A stretch of 64,000 bases of DNA, taken from Raillietiella orientalis. Lineage: Eukaryota. A program made the translations under genes and the position numbers. The notes below the pieces were generated by a model. That model did no database searches. It worked only from the letters and a program-made list of their open reading frames with translations, and was not told the DNA's origin. Below, one piece after another: positions 1 through 11,397 of this stretch. The stretch lies in assembly GCA_036172245.1 (NCBI GenBank), contig JAYWIR010000021.1, forward strand, positions 3,224,001 through 3,288,000. The letters run 5' to 3'. Position 1 is the first letter of the stretch. Each line of letters begins with the position of its first letter.

Positions 1-3000
1 AAGTAGACTGCTGTCATATATCCTGTGACCCGCTACTGTGTCTACAGAAAACAAAGGTTTTTCTTGTTATTCCGCTGCAAGCTGGAAAGTACAGTTTTGA
101 TTGAATTAATCAGAGAATCAAACGAATCCACTTTCCCAGCTCTCAAATTTCCAGAAGATAAATGTAGGATGGACTGGAGAAAAAAGAATTCTTCGGGAAA
201 TGCGTCTCTGTAAGTCATCATCCATCCTTCGTGAGCACTGCTTTTGCATTGAAGAGATTTATTACCATCGATCATTTGGATGCTGATGACAAAATATGTG
301 TATACGCAATGGGACACAAGAAGAATTCTAATCGGCAAAGGTTAATGAGATGGTTGCTGCCTTCCTCCAAAGTCATTGATTCCCACTTCCATAGGCAAAG
401 GACTGCACAGATGAAGTCGTTGATTTCCAGACCTTGATTCATTATTCTGTGCGGATGTTCGGTCAAAGGTCAAACCCACTCTTGTGGGTTTCTACCTTCA
501 GTAGCGGGACTGAAACACATTTGAGAACTTGGCCCGCCAGTGTTTTCCACCGTAAGCATGAACGCACTTTTGCCATTGGGTTTTGCACAACCGAGAACTA
601 CACTTTTAATGAGGCATGAGAGGTTTGCACTCAGCTTTGGCATGTTTTGGGCACTCTACCCAAGTAGGATAAAGTAGTGCTCTGGCAGTGTGTGTGATGG
701 TTTCCGTTTCCTTGCATGCCAGATAGACACGCGATATGTTGTCTTTTCGCCAGAAATTCTACATGTTGGAGAAAACAGGTAACTCTTCGGTTACCTGTTT
801 CCAACGACACATCACGAAAAGAGGTTAACAAAAAATCTGATAGAATTCTTAGATCTTTTGTGTTTTTCGGACACCTTGTATATGATTCAGCATTTTGTTG
901 ATTGTTTGCGTCAGCTCTCCGCAACTGTGAGCTAGCTGATGGCCGGAGCTACTTCAATCGATCTTACGGATGCAACCACCCGTGCGAAGCATCTAGAGCT
1001 GTCACAACGTTCATAAAGCTGTCTTTTTTGAAGGATGGTCACCTGCAGAGGCGTCAGTATCAGAGCAAAATTCTGCGATAAAAAAAAAAAAGCTGCTAGG
1101 GAAGCAGCAAATAGATTTCCACAGGATTTCCATCGTCCTAGGCCAATAGTAATGATCTCCTCGAGAGATCGCTACTCCCTTTGTAAAGAAAAGAAAAAAA
1201 GAAAAAACTCTTCGAGATATTCAGGTTCTCCCTTTGTTTTTAATCCAGCTATTTGAGAAGGATCGTTAGGTTTGGTGCTTCTTCTGAAGGAAATATGGCG
1301 AGTCCTGCCGCGAAGTGAGAAGCTTGAGTTTCATGAAAAATAAAAATTATACAAGATATTGAAGGAGCACCGAAAACGCACTCCAAAGGAAGTTTTAGAG
1401 AGCTGGATCGTAGAGCTAGATCGTGCTGTAAAGATGCACGCAGCAGATTGCCTCTTAGGACTAAAGACCCCTAAGAGGAAAATACAATGCAGCAATGCAA
1501 GAAAGAGATGGATCAGTTGGGATTACAAATTGTAGATCTGGTTGTTCCCTTTTAAGCTCAGTCAAAGATTGATTTCGAAAAAGCATAAAATAAAAGCGTT
1601 CCGAGGTGAAAAGCTCTGCATTTTGACTTACAGCCGTGGGTCAAAATGCAGAGTCAAAGTGACTTCTTTCTGCTTCTCTGGTTATCGGTTTCGATTACTC
1701 CGGCGACATAAGCTATTGCTCTGCTTCCGGACTGCTAAAAATTATATTGCAAATTTGTGAATAAGAATAAGACCCGAGAGACTATGATAAGGCAGTGAAG
1801 GTCTTGATAGTCACATGAACTCTCCGGTAGTCACGATGGAGAGGGCGTCCGCTTTCGGATTTGTTCTTAGTATGCAATTGTTTGTCATCACATCTATTTG
1901 AAAGCATTGGAACACTAGAATAAGATTCCAAGTTCCTTTCCCTACAGCATCCTATTATGGAGTGGACCTTAATGCTAGGCCAATCAGATTGACCGGACAC
2001 TAACATCGTATGATAATACATCTTCTTGACCTGCTTTGCTCACCTTGTTCCAATAACGTGAACCTTAAGCATAACACGGGAAGCAAATTGAAACATATTC
2101 TCGATCTTCCTTATACACAAGAGAGAGAATAAATTTGGATTCCCTCGAATTAGTACCGGTTTCAAATGGTATTATGAGTGTCTTTCGCGTTGACATGATT
2201 CTCCTGTTTTGCCGTGGCAGAAGAATTTGTTTGGAGCCGCTGCCGCACAGATCTTGCACGGATGCTTGGGAGAACTTCAAGGAAATCATTCTATTCTATG
2301 GACGACTTCAGCCGTATGCTTTCAAATCTTTGTCATAGCAAAACAGATGGAAAAAAAAAAAAAAAAAAGTTCATTCTTTGTTTTTCGAAATAGAATTCTT
2401 TCAAGAAGTCTTTTTCTATCTTCATAGGATTCTTGTAGTCCCTATCCTGCGAGTCTAAAAGCATCTTCTGTACGGAGGCATTCAATATTCATGGTTAATT
2501 CCTGTGCTTACGCAAATTTGTATTGTGTACGAAATGAGGAAGTTGCATGAGCAACAGGCAGCTGCTTTCCCGAGGATATTCTTAAGCATAAAGGAAAAAC
2601 ATTTGAACTCTAAGTTTGTGCACCGTCGGCAGCCGCGTGACTTTCTGTTTTCTTCACCCTGACGATGTAACTTGGACGACACTCCTCTTACTTGGCTGCT
2701 GTTCACGGTTATGATCAAAAAATGACGCAGAACAGTGGGAGCGGGGGAAGAAAGGAAAAGAAGAAATTTTGTTGGACACAAATTCATTGTGCATTGGTGA
2801 GGCCATTGCTTCGTGGACACTCCACCAGGTTTTTACGTTGAAAGCTGGTGTTTGCTTGAATTCGTCTTGCTACAGCATTTGGATAAACTGCAAGAAAGTT
2901 CTCTGTGAGAATTCATGCTTCATGCAGCGCAGATTTTTCGAGTTCAGGCTGCTCCTGTCTTGTTTTTTTCCTTGCCTTTGCTTGCTTCTTGAATATATGG

Positions 3001-3265
3001 AGTTTATGTATACCCATTAGTTATTTGGTCTCCATGAATTACCAGCAAAATCGCCGTCGTGTGTGATCTCGCTATTGCATGTGACTTTGTCGATTTGCTT
3101 ACTCATCTGCTGGGGTCTGGGGGTCTGTCATCTGCTCATGTAGCTCCGATTGATCGATTCGTATTCCTGACGCAAAATTAGGTGTGCAATTAACAGCTAC
3201 GCGGAAGCGGTTAGTACGAGAGACCGAAGACCGGAAGTCGATGATGCTCTTGAAGCGTTCCAGAC

Positions 3266-3547
3266 TTGCCGATTTCCTCTCAGAAACGAGTGCAGGCACA
3301 AGCGTCGAATTCAAATGGGCTGCTGTGCCAGAAACACCAACCGTGCAGCTTTCTGTGCAAGGTCGCTCGCGATCAGAACCCGAGGACTTGGAATCTTCTT
3401 CAAAGCTTTTTCCTTTTCTCTGAGACGAGTAACGGCCATGTGCTTCAGTTGCATCCCCTCTTGCACGAGGAGCAATGCATCATCGGCGGCGATCTGCCGG
3501 GGACCGCTCTCATTCCGCCGCTTCAGAACTCCATCAGTGCTCAATGA
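3266..3547 (+). mobile_element. Highly decayed LINE APE-endonuclease relic (tentative)
   Basis: Frame contains EEQCIIGGDL, resembling the APE IIGGDFN motif; surrounded by stop-riddled sequence. Confidence 0.25.
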
Positions 3548-4609
3548 GATTCACTTCATAATTGATCGGACAAAGCGTCACGCGACAAGCAGCTGCAGGG
3601 GAAGAGGGAAGACGGTGTCCGTCATGTTCGAACGGACGTTTATGAATGCATCGCATAATTCTCACTTTGTGTTTGATCGTTTCGATGGACGTGTGAGATG
3701 GCTTGATAACCATGAGGGAATGCACTCCGTAATGGGAATAATTGTTCTCCAGTGTTTAACGTGCAATTTGCCAAGCTGGAAGAAATAACGAAAATAGGAT
3801 GGGCTGCACACAGCAATGTTCGATGAACCTCCCTTCCCTCCCCCCTCCCTCCATATTGAAGGAACCTCCTCGCAAAGGGCTTCCAAACGAGGATTGAAAA
3901 GGAAAACCAAGGGAAAGGTAATTAAATCAAAGGTTGAAAGTGGGCCCTCGATGCTGCGAGAACATGAAAACGTTACCTTTGATGTTGGTTCCCCCGCAAC
4001 CCATTTAACACTTGCGGCATTCTTCAATGCACGTACGCACGCACTCCCGTATTGATTCCTGGACAAACAGCGCAGGTGTCAAAAGGCTTTTATACCCTCA
4101 ATGCAAGCATCGGCGGAGTTTTGTTTTTGAATGATACAGATCTCCGGGTGTTGGAGCATTCCAGTTCTGAATCTGGAGTTTAGACGGAGATCCGTTTACA
4201 AAGTGACTGGAACACTCCAGACAGGAGAAGTGTAAACGGGAAGCAGAACCCCGATTCCATGACAACGCAGCTTTAGAGCGCAAATGATGCAATTTGGTCC
4301 CAAACTTTCACACATGCATTACAATATTGCAAACTTGAATAGCTTCCATCTCTGTTATTCCTTTCCTATTTAAAATTTCGAAATTCTATCAATGCAGGAA
4401 ATGGCAAGATAGCTTTGCTATTTTCCTCAGAATGCAAACAAGCATCAGTAATCATCTAGGGAAAAAAAAAAACACGAAAGATTTCTCAGGAAGGCTGTGC
4501 ATGGTACTTTTGCACAATACTGCCATTAAACGACCAGCATGAAAATGATGAAAATCTGTTTGTTCGTTTGTGTATGGGTGCATGTATGTGTACGTTTTTG
4601 ATGACGCTT

Positions 4610-5456
4610 TCAACCCGGCACGCTGGATTTAGGATCCAGGATATCACCACCATTAAGACCAGTAATTTTCTGTCTCGTGGTTAATGGATTACACAGAAAG
4701 GGAAGGAGCCGGCAGTCTAGCCAGAATGTCAGTGAGCGGCGAACAGTGAACAAAAGATATGAGCGTCTTGGACGATCGGAACTTCCAGTCACTTCAGCAA
4801 TGGAAATCTCAAAAACCATGAGCACTTTGGAAACTCTTTTGGTAACACAAAGAAACGCAACTCCAACATGCACTGCAATGAGCAATCTTGAAACTCGTGC
4901 TTCCTTGTTTTTAACGGAATGTGGATTTAATGTTTCCCGGATGACGATCAGTGGCTCTTTATTCATGGGAATACTGCTGGCGAATGCCTTGAGCCGTGAT
5001 GGAGATGATCAAGGATTTCGTCACCCTTCCTTCTTTGGTGATTGCCAGAAATGGTATGAAGAGCTGCTGCGCATTTTGTGAATCGTTTAATGAGGCACTT
5101 TCAACTGTACAACAAAGAGCATGATGTATACAGCCGATATCGAGTACGGCAAGAATGCGCGTCATGAAAAATGGGAGATGATGTCCAGCAGCCAAGGAAC
5201 ATCTGGAGCTGAGTCGCCGTTGCAAACCGAACTCGTCCTGGAAAGAGGGAACGGCGTCACAGCACTCGATGCGTGTTGCCCATTTGAAAGGACAGCCTCC
5301 AAGAAGGCGTGCAAGCGACAAATATTGGGAACACGCGCTTGCCTTTCGCTCCCAAGGAAACGAGTGAGCTCGCGTGATTGCCATCCGATCCCAAGATCTC
5401 AACAACGAAGGTGTTGCTCAAGAGTTGAAAATCCAAAGAACGTCTCAGCGAGCTAA
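4610..5456 (+). mobile_element. Highly decayed LINE reverse-transcriptase relic
   Basis: Degenerate RT motifs in order across frameshifts: GSRISPPLRPVIFCLVVNGL (QG.PLSP.LF), FPDDDQWLFIH (YADD-like), VMEMIKDF...KS. Confidence 0.35.
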
Positions 5457-5549
5457 TGGTGTTGCCCACCATCCATTAGCAACCGTGAGGTGGAAACATC
5501 CACTGTAACACGAACGCGGACACCCTCCAAACGACCGAGCGCCAGACTA

Positions 5550-8310
5550 TATCATAGAGCAGTTGCAAGAGGGACGCACTTGTTGCCTTGTTTACAGATG
5601 CTTGTGAAAGGGGAAATGGTCGTGGCCTTCGAATGGTAGGCTGGTGAAGAATTGGTTGCTAAGCGTAAGCATCGATGTTGCCCATCAGAGGGGTATTTCT
5701 TGAGAGGCGGTCTAAGTACAGCACGCAAAAAGCAAAGCAGGTTGTCGCTTGCGGCGGTACTTTTAAGTGGAGATTCTTTCGGATCAGTCTTTCCACAGCT
5801 ACGATTTTGGTCCAGTTGACTCAGGTGTCTTTGCATATACCAGGAACTTTTGGTACTCTTCCGCAAAACTCTGTGGCTGCAGGCGAGTGAGTGCAGCGGT
5901 TCGTTTCCAGCCACTCCATAGCTAAAGATCTTCTCCTCCTCCCCCTTCTCTCTTCCCATCAGCGGCTTGCGAGGGTCATTTTTGGCTGGGACCCGAGGAA
6001 CTCATTGACTGGCGGATCCCTCTGCCGACTGTTCGATCTGTACTCAAGGAGAGTCAGAGCAGATCAGCCTTTGTCTATCCCAACGCTTCGCGTTGCCTAC
6101 AGCACGCTGATGCGTATGCGACGCGCGCGCATGGCTCGCGGGAAGGGGCCAGTTCGGAGCAAATGGCGGGAAGCAGCAGAAGATCAGACAAAATCCATTC
6201 AGCAGAAGCACCTTAAGAGAGCAGGACGGCAGCGTGCTGTGAGTACCGCGGGGATGTCGTTCTCCCAGCCACGTCAGCACTCGCCGTTTGCCGAGACCGC
6301 AATCGCTCCCAGTGTGGAAGGGGTTCTCCACGCGTTTCTCCTCCGACTGCTCCTCAGCCCTCTTCTGGTGACCCCTTCTCGTCCTACCCCATTCGCAAAC
6401 CTCCCACGGCGCACCTTGGGGTTTCTCTCACACTCTTGAGCTCCCCGACAGAAGGGTGAGGAGCTGCCCGACGCATCCCCAGGAACGGTTACCGTGGAGC
6501 CGGCTCACTCCTGAGGGATTACTGCGAGCTGCCGCCTCGCTCGCTTCTCCCACTTTTGGTTATCCCACTTTCGTAATCTTCTCCACTTCCATCTCCGCCT
6601 GCAAAGTGAGGCTGCCGATTTCTGTTCTGATCCTCGACAGCTTCCCCCTAGAGTGACAGCACGCGGCAATGTTCCTTCTGCAATAGGGATTTTTGACCAC
6701 AGCGAACGACAGCACCTCTACCACCCTATGACTCCAGGGAGTTTTTTCATTTTCCCCAAGGAAATGGGCACTCCGGGCAGGAAATTCCTCCCGCAGGACT
6801 CCTCGGAAAGCTCCAGAACAGAGTGTGACCTGCCGACTCGCAGGTCGGCTGCGTAGGAGTGCCGGCAGAGCGAAGGGAAGGGGACAGCAAGTGAATATAC
6901 GAGGGAAAAGGAGGCGGAGACTGTGGTCCGCCGGGGTTCCATCTCGAGGCCTCTTCGGCAGGTGGCTTGCGATGCAGGCGGCGCCCTCCGACTTCGCTCC
7001 TTCTCGCGGATGGGGTCCATTTCGCCGCGGAGGAAGCGAATTGCACCATTCTTGCTGCCGCGCCAGTCACGCAAATCTCCTGAAGCAACGCGGGACCGGG
7101 CGAGCCGGGGCGTGTCAGGAAAGAGAGACGAGTCGCTCGGGGTAAGCAGCGCCGCGAGGCGTTCCCAACTGCTACGAAGAGCAGTGCTCTCCAGAAGCAG
7201 ACGAAGGAACGTTCCGCTCCCCCTTCCCTACTATTCAGGCTGGTGCGGCAACGCTCTTCTCACGCGGAAATTCCGACGCTCGAAGAGAAACGTCGCTTCC
7301 TGCCGCTTGAGAGGGAGCGCGGAGCTGCCCAGATCGAAGGTCGAGGTGCGAGGGCCAGCCCCAGAAGATGCGCTTAACCGAACAGTTCTTCCTCCGCTGA
7401 ACGCCCCGTCGATATTAACCACCCAGGGGCAGTTGCCCTACTCCTTCCCGCACGAGAACCGCATCCCGCCCGTTGGCAGCTGCCGTTCCTCTCCCTTGAG
7501 AGAAGGAAGTCCACGAAAAAGGAACGACAGCTGGATCAGGCTCCAGCCGGAACAGTCTTGCAGAGCGACGTAAGAGAGATTATAATTGATCCCGCCCGTT
7601 CCTTCGAGAGCTGTCTTAGAAGGGTGTGGCTCTGCCTCAGAAGACCCCAGGAAGGCGCTTCTCCACATCATGGTATTTCCAAGTTGCCCACGTCGAAGGC
7701 CATGAGGCTGCTAAGGTCTCCGCGTGTGGCACCATCAAGCGTTGCGGGTTCGAATGCTCGGCAAGAATCGACTCCCCGAGAAATGATAGCTTCGTGGGTT
7801 CGAGTTCCTCCTGGAAGATGATGTTGGTTGGCCTCCATTCGGGTGCGGCGCCGGGAGTGATGCAAACCGGAGGCCCCCGATGAGCGGCTGGAATTGGGAG
7901 TCGATCTCCGGGTCCTTCCAGGAAACAGAATCAAAGAATGGGGGTTCCCTTCGAGCTTCCCCTCCGGTAGTGCAAACGAGTGAACCCCCCTCTTCGAAGA
8001 TGACCAGGCCATGAAGCTGGTGGATTGATGATGCCTCTTCAGAGAGTGCAGAGAAGCGATCCGATCTTTTCGAGGAAGCAGCGCCCTTCTGAATTTCGGA
8101 AGCGTCCCTGCGGAGTTCTCTTCAGAGGAGTGAAGGGTTCCCTCCGGAGAAGAAATTCCTACTAGCGGATCTTTCCTAGGTTCCCTTTGGAGACAACCAG
8201 GGAGAAGGTTTCCTTTCGGGGATCCCTCCCCAGGCGTGAGAGGAACGGACTCTCTTCTCCGTTGCCCTTCCTGGATTCATAGTACCAGGGTGTCTCCATC
8301 TTGAAGAATT
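5550..8310 (-). mobile_element. Decayed 5' part/ORF1 of a Tx1/L1-like LINE (repeat family X, copy 1)
   Basis: 7700-8310 is visibly homologous to 9780-11160 and 61495-62181. Downstream on the minus strand, NFLPGVPISLG...KIPIAEGTLPRAVTLGG resembles the ORF1 RRM of the element at 17.6-19.2 kb. Boundaries are approximate. Confidence 0.45.
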
Positions 8311-8550
8311 ACACGCACCCTCGGATGGTGTGTTAAAGAGCTGCGTGAGCCGCTAGGCGTGCAACGGTTCTTGAGGTACTCAGCGGAACAAAAAAACGAA
8401 AACAAAAGAACACCTCAAGAAGAGAGTGAATGCTGGAGTCTGACTCAGCAGTTCTCTCGCAAAGCAGCAGCTGAAGTTGTCTAAGAGTCCTTGGCGCCCT
8501 GACAAGACGCTAAAAGAGCTGGTAGTCGAGAGGAGGCGGGCCGACTACGT

Positions 8551-8737
8551 TACATAGGAAATGGCGCAACATCCAACACTCCCGGGAGATGCATTGGAGC
8601 CACAGGTCGGAGCCTTCCGATGAGAATGACTTGCAAACAGGAAAATCATGATCTTCGACAGTTGCAGGACTGTAAAACTGTCCTGATGGGAGAACCTGGC
8701 ATCCTGTACACCCTTCTCCCGTAATGATTCTCCAGTT

Positions 8738-8790
<53 letters not shown>
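8551..8790 (+). mobile_element. 5'-truncated R4-clade (Dong/Rex6-like) non-LTR retrotransposon 3' end
   Basis: Single frame 8551-8724 reads PGRCIGATGRSL...RQLQDCKTVLMGEPGILYTLLP*, resembling the R4-clade C-terminal pattern P.VIGALG...LQK..LLGTA.IL. It is followed after 15 nt by (TAA)17. Confidence 0.55.
8740..8790 (+). repeat. (TAA)17 microsatellite
   Basis: Perfect 51-nt trinucleotide repeat read directly. Confidence 0.97.
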
Positions 8791-11230
8791 GTCCACTCTG
8801 CTAGCAGGCAAAGTGCTTTCCTCTCCTGTGAGGTGGACAGCACCGCAGCTAAGGGAGTAGCGGCGACAAGGCACAAGGCACACTTCAGACTCCTCTGAAT
8901 GACTTTCAAGCAGACTTTTTCAAAAACGTGGACCGAACGAATCAGGACTGAACTGGCCCCCATAACGAACCTCAAGAGTCCACTGATTTCTGCCACGATG
9001 CTTCGTAGTTTAGGCATAAGAGGGTGACCCGCTGTCTTTTTGTTTTTTTCATAATCAGGGGGGAGGGGCATCTGCCTCAGGGGGAAACCAAGGGGCTTCA
9101 AGAAAGCAGGGACGTAAACTTCTCTTAACCGATCACGACCTGTAGGGGGCTTCTCTGTGGGAAGTAGTAGTGCAGTAACCAATTCTTGACAATGCAGGAC
9201 AGCTTCCGAAAGTTTCCAGCTTCATCTTTCATCTCCCTGGAAGAAAAGCCTGCAAACGGGAACGAGGAACCAGAGGATGTTGGCAGAAGAGGTGTTCCGG
9301 ACGGAGTCCCGCTCCGAGAAGCGGATTTCACCATGCCGGAGCAGAGGCAGAGTCTTCTCCGCCCTCTGGAGGTCAACCGGACCAGAGCGATGAAAAACAG
9401 AAGTGTCCTAGGGACATGCCAAGGTGCGTTTCAACGTACCGAACACAGGAATCCTCAAGTGGGTCTAGTTTGGCTTCCATGACCACATCGCACCTACGGA
9501 AACTAAGTAACAACTTAGTCCTGTTGACCGCGTTTATCCGCGACCGGCGAAGGGGGCGGAAGTGCTTTCTTCGAGCTCCGCAAACTGCTCCTAGTGGTGG
9601 TCGGCCCATCGTTTCTGGGGTGCGGGTTTCGCGCCTTCAGTGGTGAAAAGGCAGAAATCATTGCTAATGAGGGAAGAGATGATCCAAGAACCTGGTCCTC
9701 CCTCTCTATGGAGACGGAGGCTGCGGCCTCCAAGGAATTGACGCTCGAAAACAGGAAGACCCGAAATTTGGCCCGCGTTGGAAGCCGTGTGGCTGCGGTC
9801 TCCTTGCGTGGTACCATGCGTTGCAGGTTCGAATGCCCGCACCTGCTGTTGCATTGTGTTGTCCTCCTGAGTGTCTGGGAACGCTCCATTGCGGCCCTCC
9901 CGCTCCCTATGGACAACGACAGGGAAGTCTTGCGGTACCTTTTATGAGACTCCATGTCGCCTGCATCTTCTCCCTTTGCGCCCCCGTGTTGCCTTTATGG
10001 AATTGTGGTGCTCGAGAAGCCGAGCCGAAAGAGACCAGTCGAACGGAGAAGTCATCCAGATCGTCTGCTCCTTCAAGACGGTCACATCTCTGCCAGCAAA
10101 AGGAGGAAGCTGCCCGCATCCTCCAGAGGATGATGAGGATGCCAGGAAGGAACCTGTGATCCCTTTCCTTCCTCCTCCCCCCACTCCAACATCTTTTAAA
10201 CTGAACTTTCGTATTTTTTTTGTTCTTGTTTACTCTCTCCCTCACCTCTCCAGTGAGGACGTCATCGGGGAGCGGCTCACGAGAAGCGGCGTCTCCGAGG
10301 CACCTCTCTCCATAGTGGTCATTTGAAGCCGCTACGAAGACATTTTTTTTGATCATTTGTGTGGCTGTTTTTTTTTGTGTGTGAATATTTTTTTTTTTTT
10401 TGCAATCAAGCCTCCGGCAGGACCGACTGGAAATAAAGGGTCGACCCCGAGAATGAGGCTGCGTCGTGAGTTTCTCTCCGCAAGATAACGCGGGTTGGTC
10501 TACTCGAGTGCTGCTTCACTGATGGAAACCAGATAGATGCTCCCGTTGACTGACCAGGATCGGTAGTTGACTGACCCTGCGGAGTCCTTCCAGGAATCAA
10601 GGAGTCCTTCAGGGTTCCTCTTCTCCCCGGTTGTGAAAAGAGAGCGGTCCCCCCCTATTTTGGGATGGACCCTCAATCTCGTACCATGGAGTTGGTGGAT
10701 CGTTAACTCTCAAGAGTGTGAATAAGCGAGTTGCTCCCTTCGGGAAGCGACCCTTCAGAGAAAAATTGGAAGCGCCCCTTAGGAGTTCTCTTCAGGAAGC
10801 AACAAGGAGCGGGTCCTTTCCGGGTGGCCCCTCTAGAGAAGAAATTCCAAGAGCGGATCGTTTCCGGGTTTCCTTAGGAGAAGAAACCAATGAAGCGGCC
10901 TCATCCAGGGGGTTACGCTGGAGAGAGTAAGGAAGGAAGTTCCCTTCTGGGTTCCTTTCAGAGACAGTCAGTTCCGAAGGGAACCCTGGTCTACTTCATC
11001 AGGATCGCTGACATGGTATGATTATCACGAAACTGTTCCAATCTCGAAGACAACCAGGGGGTGGAGAGTTCACTTCGGGGTTACCTACCAAGCGTGAGAG
11101 AAACGGACGCCCTTCTCCGGAGCTCTTTCTGGGTTTGTGGGGTATCCCCTCTAACTTGAAGAGTCACAATACGCCACCCTTGCATGGCGTGGAACAGTGT
11201 GAGAGGATCTGCGTGAACCACCAGGCGCGC
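8791..11230 (-). mobile_element. Decayed 5' part/ORF1 of a Tx1/L1-like LINE (family X, copy 2), interrupted by a nested LINE fragment
   Basis: Homology to copy 1 breaks at about 9837 and resumes at about 10410. The minus ORF 8739-9182 (VPAFLKPLG...GLLRFVMGASSVLIRSVHVFEKVCLK...KCALC) resembles an ORF1 RRM plus degenerate zinc knuckles. Confidence 0.5.
9838..10402 (+). mobile_element. 5'-truncated LINE 3' end (zf-RVT region plus T-rich 3' UTR) nested in family X copy 2
   Basis: PHLLLHCVVLLSVWERSIAALPLPMDNDREVLRYLL aligns with PHLVFDCGALQELWRRLPAALLPPGDTAREVLRRFF of the LINE at about 20.2 kb. Confidence 0.65.
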
Positions 11231-11397
11231 GACAGTTCTTCAGCACTTGGAGAACCAAAAACAAAAAACCTCGAAAAAAAGAAAAACTGAAAGGGAAACA
11301 GGGATACCAGAAAACAGGTAGACTGGAGTCGAGTGGCTGCCCCGCTGACACCTGCGGCCCAGGCCTGCATGGACCAAGAATACCGGCCGGCACTACG

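Noticed and set aside
540..2000. Faint LINE-like peptides (CKETETITH; EIWR; SDLFLVCN)
   Set aside because: Too degenerate to call individually.
7745..7812. GGTTCGAAT/GGTTCGAGT B-box-like motifs (also about 9826 and 61557) suggesting tRNA genes or a tRNA-derived SINE
   Set aside because: No A-box or cloverleaf could be built; the motifs lie inside family X LINE-like sequence.
8739..8800. Poly-Tyr/poly-Leu ORF tails
   Set aside because: Translation artefacts of the (TAA)17 repeat.
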